Position numbers and translations under genes: made by a program
Part shown: piece after piece, positions 59,360-64,000 of the stretch
Numbering within the stretch: position 1 is the first letter of the stretch
How the letters are laid out: each line of letters opens with the position of its first letter
From: an uncultured Ignavibacteriales bacterium
Lineage (GTDB): Bacteria > Zixibacteria > MSB-5A5 > GN15 > FEB-12
Direction: 5' to 3'
Length of the DNA stretch: 64,000 bases
Assembly (NCBI GenBank): GCA_964464605.1
Contig: CAYXJN010000004.1
Location: 62,001 to 126,000 of the forward strand
Notes under the pieces: generated by a model
What the model saw: the letters and a program-made list of their open reading frames with translations, nothing else
Told to the model about the DNA's origin: nothing
Databases searched by the model: none

Positions 59360-60910
59360 ATGTCATTAGAAGAAAAACTGAATCACCTTGAAAAGATGCG
59401 CGCCGAAGCCCGGTTGGGCGGCGGTCAGGCGCGGCTGGATGCCCAGCACAAAAAAGGGAAATTGACAGCCCGTGAGCGAATCGAACTTTTGATCGATCCG
59501 AATTCATTTGAAGAATTCGATATGTTCGTGACGCATCGCTCGACCGATTTCGGTTTAGCCGAGCAGAAAATTCTTGGTGATGGAGTCATTACCGGCTGCG
59601 GAAAAATTCATGGCCGTTCGGTGTTTGTTTTCTCACAGGATTTCACCGTCTTTGGCGGATCGCTTTCAGAAACGCATGCCGAAAAAATCTGCAAAATTAT
59701 GGAAATGGCAATGAAAGTCGGTGCACCGGTTATTGGTCTCAATGATTCCGGCGGCGCCCGTATTCAGGAAGGCGTACTTTCACTGGGCGGCTATGCCGAT
59801 ATCTTTTTGCGCAACACGCTTGCCTCCGGCGTTGTCCCGCAAATCTCCGCGATTCTCGGCCCCTGCGCCGGTGGTGCGGTGTACAGCCCGGCGATTACCG
59901 ATTTCGTAATTATGACCAAAGGAACATCCTACATGTTCGTTACCGGTCCGAACGTAGTGAAAACAGTGACGCATGAAGAGGTAACATCCGATGAACTGGG
60001 CGGCGCAATGGTGCATTCATCGGTGTCAGGCGTTTCCCATTTCGCCTGCGAAAATGAGGCGGAAGTTATCGCGACGATAAAGCGGCTTCTACGCTATGTG
60101 CCGCAGAATAACATGGAAGAAGCCCCTTTTGCCGAATGTACTGACCCGCTCGATCGGGAAGATGACGCGCTCAATCATATCATCCCTGAAAATCCGAATC
60201 AGCCCTATGATATGAAAGAAGTCATCGACCGGGTTGTCGATGCCGGATCGTTTTTTGAAGTTCATGCGGAGTATGCGCAGAATATTGTCGTAGGGTTCGC
60301 GCATCTTGGTGGCCGTTCTATCGGTGTTGTCGCCAATCAGCCCGCAGTGTTGGCGGGTGTGTTGGATATAAATTCATCAGTTAAAGGCGCGCGATTTATT
60401 CGCTTCTGCGATGCCTTCAATATCCCGATTCTGACCTTTGAAGATGTTCCCGGATTTTTGCCCGGTACCGATCAGGAACATCATGGCATTATCAAGCATG
60501 GCGCCAAGCTGCTTTATGCCTACTGCGAGGCGACGGTTCCAAAAGTAACGGTTATCACGCGGAAAGCATACGGAGGCGCATACGATGTTATGAACTCCAA
60601 ACATGTGCGCGGTGATATGAACTATGCCTGGCCAACTGCGGAAATCGCAGTCATGGGGCCGAAAGGCGCAGTTGAGATTATTTTCAAAAAGGATATTGAG
60701 GTGGCGAAAGACCCGGAAGCCGAATTAACGCGGATGACCGAAGAATACCGGGAAAAATTCGCCAATCCGTTTATCGCGGCAGCGCGTGGATTTGTGGATG
60801 ATGTTATCGAACCGAAAACGACACGCGGCCGGTTGATTCGCGCCTTTGAAATGCTCGAAAACAAGAAAGATACCAACCCGCGCAAGAAGCACGGAAATAT
60901 CCCCTTATAG
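59360..60910 (+). CDS. pccB: Propionyl-CoA carboxylase beta (carboxyltransferase) subunit
   Basis: [56 protein letters not shown]. Confidence 0.92.
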   Translation: MSLEEKLNHLEKMRAEARLGGGQARLDAQHKKGKLTARERIELLIDPNSFEEFDMFVTHRSTDFGLAEQKILGDGVITGCGKIHGRSVFVFSQDFTVFGGSLSETHAEKICKIMEMAMKVGAPVIGLNDSGGARIQEGVLSLGGYADIFLRNTLASGVVPQISAILGPCAGGAVYSPAITDFVIMTKGTSYMFVTGPNVVKTVTHEEVTSDELGGAMVHSSVSGVSHFACENEAEVIATIKRLLRYVPQNNMEEAPFAECTDPLDREDDALNHIIPENPNQPYDMKEVIDRVVDAGSFFEVHAEYAQNIVVGFAHLGGRSIGVVANQPAVLAGVLDINSSVKGARFIRFCDAFNIPILTFEDVPGFLPGTDQEHHGIIKHGAKLLYAYCEATVPKVTVITRKAYGGAYDVMNSKHVRGDMNYAWPTAEIAVMGPKGAVEIIFKKDIEVAKDPEAELTRMTEEYREKFANPFIAAARGFVDDVIEPKTTRGRLIRAFEMLENKKDTNPRKKHGNIPL

Positions 60911-60915
60911 GGACT

Positions 60916-62448
60916 ATGGCTAAGAAAATCAAAAAAATCCTGATAGCGAACCGGGGTGAAATTGCGGTGCGCGTTATTCGCGCCTGCCGCGATCTCGGCA
61001 TAAAATCGGTGGTTGTGTTCTCTGAAGCCGACCGTGCTGCCTACCATGTACGTATGGCGGATGAAGCGTATTTCATCGGTCCTGCACAATCGTCGCAAAG
61101 TTATTTGGTTCAGGATAAAATTATCGACGTTGCTAAACACTCGAAAGCGGATGCTATTCACCCCGGCTATGGCTTCCTGTCTGAAAATGCCGGGTTTTCT
61201 GATCGCTGCGCCAAAGAAGGGGTTATTTTCATCGGCCCGACCGGTAAAAGTATTTCTGCGCTTGGGGATAAAATTCACGCCCGCGAAATGGCAGTGAAAC
61301 ATAAACTCCCGGTCGTTCCCGGTGCTGAGTTAGGCGGGCTTGATGCCAAAGGGATGAAAGCGAAAGCGAGTGAGATCGGATATCCGGTATTAATCAAAGC
61401 GGCATCAGGCGGGGGAGGCAAAGGGATGCGCGTCGTTCGTTCTGAGGATATGCTTGAGGAATCACTTACCCTCGCAGCCAACGAAGCGAAGTCATCGTTT
61501 GGTGATGCCCGTGTCTTTATCGAAAAGTATCTTGAACATCCCCGTCACGTTGAAATTCAAATTTTGCTCGATATGCATGGTAACGGTGTGCATTTAGGTG
61601 AAAGGGAATGTTCAATTCAGCGCCGCCACCAGAAAGTTATCGAAGAATCCCCCTCTCCGATTATGACTCCCGAACTGCGTGAGCGGATGGGGAATGCGGC
61701 CGTTACGATCGCGAAAGCATCCGGTTATTACGGCGCCGGAACCTGCGAGTTCATGGTCGATCGGGATTTGTCATTTTATTTTCTTGAAGTCAATACCCGC
61801 TTGCAGGTAGAGCATCCCGTTACCGAAATGGTCACCGGAATCGATTTAGTAAAAGAGCAGATTGCCATCGCCGAAGGGGAGAAGCTTCCGTACACGCAAT
61901 CTGATATTCAGTTAAATGGGCATGCTATCGAATGTCGTATTTACGCGGAAGACCCAGAGCAAGGGTTTATGCCATCTACCGGTACGCTCAAGCATTATCG
62001 CATTCCCGCCGGGCCGGGGGTGCGGGTGGATGCCGGTGTCGTTATCTATAATGAAATTCCGATTTATTATGACCCGATGATCGCCAAGCTGATTGTCTGG
62101 GGACATGACCGAAACGAAGCAATCGCCCGCACCAAACGAGCCCTTGAAGAGTTCCGCGTTTCCGGTTTGAAAACAACGATCAGTTTTCATCGCACGATTA
62201 TGGATAACGCCAAATTTATTGCCGGCGATTTATCGACCCGATTTCTGGAAGAGGAATACCCGAACAATAGATATTATCATATCGATGAGGAAACTACAGA
62301 AGCTGCTGCGCTGGCGGTAGCACTCGATAAATATGTCAAAGAGCGTAGGTTGCGGCTCGACACGCATGACGGCGGTACGCGGGAAGTTTCTAACTGGGCG
62401 AAAACTCATCGCCGTACCGCAATGAATCCGCAAGAGGATACCAAATAA
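60916..62448 (+). CDS. Biotin carboxylase subunit of acyl-CoA carboxylase
   Basis: LIANRGEIAVR, HPGYGFLSEN, GGGGKGMR, RECSIQRRHQK, FLEVNTRLQVEH, YDPMIAK. Confidence 0.95.
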   Translation: MAKKIKKILIANRGEIAVRVIRACRDLGIKSVVVFSEADRAAYHVRMADEAYFIGPAQSSQSYLVQDKIIDVAKHSKADAIHPGYGFLSENAGFSDRCAKEGVIFIGPTGKSISALGDKIHAREMAVKHKLPVVPGAELGGLDAKGMKAKASEIGYPVLIKAASGGGGKGMRVVRSEDMLEESLTLAANEAKSSFGDARVFIEKYLEHPRHVEIQILLDMHGNGVHLGERECSIQRRHQKVIEESPSPIMTPELRERMGNAAVTIAKASGYYGAGTCEFMVDRDLSFYFLEVNTRLQVEHPVTEMVTGIDLVKEQIAIAEGEKLPYTQSDIQLNGHAIECRIYAEDPEQGFMPSTGTLKHYRIPAGPGVRVDAGVVIYNEIPIYYDPMIAKLIVWGHDRNEAIARTKRALEEFRVSGLKTTISFHRTIMDNAKFIAGDLSTRFLEEEYPNNRYYHIDEETTEAAALAVALDKYVKERRLRLDTHDGGTREVSNWAKTHRRTAMNPQEDTK

Positions 62449-62960
62449 TGCGCCGGTATCTTGTCACGATAAACGAAAAAGAGTTTACGATCGATATCGA
62501 CTATCGCTCGGAACGCTATTTCGCCACGATAAAAGGTAAACTTGTTGAAATCGATTTAACGATTTTGGGCGAAAGCCGTTCCTTAATGGTTGCCGATAAT
62601 CATGCCTGGGAAGTCGATATCCAAAGCAGCGGCTACGACACGCAGCGCGTAGTCTTTATGCGCGGTATGGAAATTCCGGTTGAAGTTGAAGATTACGCAC
62701 TTGCACAGTTGCGCAAGCATGCGGGAGTAAAATCCGGAGCGGTTGTTGCCAAAGTAGTCAAAGCCCCGATGCCGGGATTAGTGCTCAGTGTAAAAGTCCA
62801 ACCTGGCGACAAAGTCGCCAAAGGTCAGCCGTTACTTGTCGTTGAAGCGATGAAAATGGAGAACATTATCAAGTCTCAGGCCGACGGTGTTATCAAATCA
62901 GTCCATATCAAAAACGGACAGGCTGTTGAAAAGAATGATAAGTTGGTGGAGTTTCAGTAA
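62448..62960 (+). CDS. Biotin carboxyl carrier protein
   Basis: APMPG...EAMKMEN biotinylation motif. Confidence 0.95.
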   Translation: MRRYLVTINEKEFTIDIDYRSERYFATIKGKLVEIDLTILGESRSLMVADNHAWEVDIQSSGYDTQRVVFMRGMEIPVEVEDYALAQLRKHAGVKSGAVVAKVVKAPMPGLVLSVKVQPGDKVAKGQPLLVVEAMKMENIIKSQADGVIKSVHIKNGQAVEKNDKLVEFQ

Positions 62961-62962
62961 CC

Positions 62963-64000
62963 ATGCCGCCCAAGAAGGAACAAACAACTTCGGGCATCGA
63001 TGTTCCGGTCGTTCTGACTGAAAAAGATATCTCAACTGATCAAAACAGGCGTGGCCTGTTACCGGGACAATTTCCGTATACGCGCGGGATTTATCCCGAT
63101 ATGTATCGCGGACGACCCTGGACAATGCGCCAGTACGCCGGTTTCGGTACCGCCAGCGAAACAAACAAACGATTCAAGTATCTCTTACAAGCCGGGCAAA
63201 CCGGTTTATCGGTTGCCTTCGATTTAGCCACGCAGATCGGATATGATTCGGATCATGCGATGGCCAAAGGGGAAGTCGGCCGCACCGGTGTCGCGATTGA
63301 TTCTTTGAAAGATATGGAAACCCTCTTTGCGGGTATTAGTTTGGATAAGGTTTCGACTTCCATGACAATCAATTCCACCGCGGTAATTCTGCTGGCTATG
63401 TATATCGCAGTCGGAAAAAAACAGGGTGTGAAACCGGAACAGCTAATGGGGACGGTGCAAAATGATCTGCTGAAAGAGTTTATTGCGCGCGGAACCTATA
63501 TTTTGCCGCCACAACCGTCGATGCGCATCATCACTGATATTTTTGCATACGCGAATACCAACTTACCGAAATACAATACTATCTCGATTTCCGGGTACCA
63601 TATCCGTGAAGCCGGTGCGACTGCATCGCAGGAAGCCGCTTTTACGTTGTCCAATGCTATCGCCTATGTCGAAGCGGCATTGCAAGCGGGACTTGATATC
63701 GATGATTTCGCCCCCCGGTTATCGTTCTTTTTCGTCGCCTATAATGACTTGTTTGAAGAAGTTGCCAAGTTTCGGGCGGCGCGCCGTATTTGGGCCGATA
63801 TCGTAAAAACGCGGTTCAAAGCCAAAAGTGAAAAATCGATGCTGTTACGCTTTCACACCCAAACTGGCGGCTCTACCCTTACGGCACAGCAGCCGGAGAA
63901 CAATATTGTCCGGACGACGGTACAAGCATTGTCGGCGGTTTTGGGCGGAACACAGTCGCTGCATACTAATTCCTTCGACGAGGCCTTAGGTTTACCGACG
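62963..64000 (+). CDS. Methylmalonyl-CoA mutase large subunit (5' part; runs off the window; absent from ORF track)
   Basis: Manual translation from ATG 62963: [12 protein letters not shown]...PGQFPYTRG...[10 protein letters not shown]...[14 protein letters not shown]...[10 protein letters not shown]...[13 protein letters not shown], open to 64000. Confidence 0.92.
   Translation, partial: MPPKKEQTTSGIDVPVVLTEKDISTDQNRRGLLPGQFPYTRGIYPDMYRGRPWTMRQYAGFGTASETNKRFKYLLQAGQTGLSVAFDLATQIGYDSDHAMAKGEVGRTGVAIDSLKDMETLFAGISLDKVSTSMTINSTAVILLAMYIAVGKKQGVKPEQLMGTVQNDLLKEFIARGTYILPPQPSMRIITDIFAYANTNLPKYNTISISGYHIREAGATASQEAAFTLSNAIAYVEAALQAGLDIDDFAPRLSFFFVAYNDLFEEVAKFRAARRIWADIVKTRFKAKSEKSMLLRFHTQTGGSTLTAQQPENNIVRTTVQALSAVLGGTQSLHTNSFDEALGLPT

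Noticed and set aside
11308..61302. Long antisense or alternate-frame ORFs (e.g. 11308-11940, 16114-16623, 49809-50294, 60622-61302)
   Set aside because: They are shadows of well-supported genes, with no motifs or RBS.
63483..63806. ORF-track 107-aa ORF at the window end
   Set aside because: It is out of frame within the methylmalonyl-CoA mutase gene starting at 62963.
1..64000. CRISPR arrays, IS elements, inteins, stop-codon recoding, HIP1-like overrepresented palindrome (ACCGGT/ATCGAT appear frequent)
   Set aside because: No spaced direct repeats, transposases or interrupted conserved genes were seen. The palindrome frequency is plausibly explained by codon pairs (ACC-GGT, ATC-GAT) and cannot be established without a Markov-corrected k-mer count.

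Overview
A 64-kb, gene-dense bacterial chromosome segment, mostly on the + strand, of roughly 50% GC by eye. A C-terminal 'CC..G.RGN...TIADL.Y(M/L)V..(M/L)F..GP.P..C' dockerin-like module and the gene content suggest an FCB-group diderm, probably Zixibacteria (inference). The backbone is housekeeping: nfeD/slipin, dCMP deaminase, glnA, gatA/gatB, purN/C/H, coaBC, UDG, dnaB, mlaE/F, radA, tgt, cca, sucCD, ndk, mdh, icd, tkt, two tRNAs, guaB, rnpB, recJ and a large B12-mutase/propionyl-CoA carboxylase cluster cut by the window end. I see no CRISPR array, prophage, IS or rRNA. The most interesting accessory items are: (1) a three-gene cassette of a Cyc2-like monoheme cytochrome c-beta-barrel fusion, a Calx-beta/CX4CH cytochrome lipoprotein and a YceI protein, with ECF-type promoter motifs; (2) an ECF sigma/zinc anti-sigma locus whose TGAAACAT-N15-xGT promoter can be read three times, including in front of a secreted four-repeat protein; (3) an arginine-synthetase (ArcE-like)/carbamate-kinase operon behind a Rex/CRP-type palindrome; (4) histone-H1-like Lys/Ala tails on SucD and Icd; (5) a solute-binding-protein-TolC fusion; (6) paired isobutyryl-type and methylmalonyl-type mutase large subunits. 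All calls come from reading motifs; no database searches were run.
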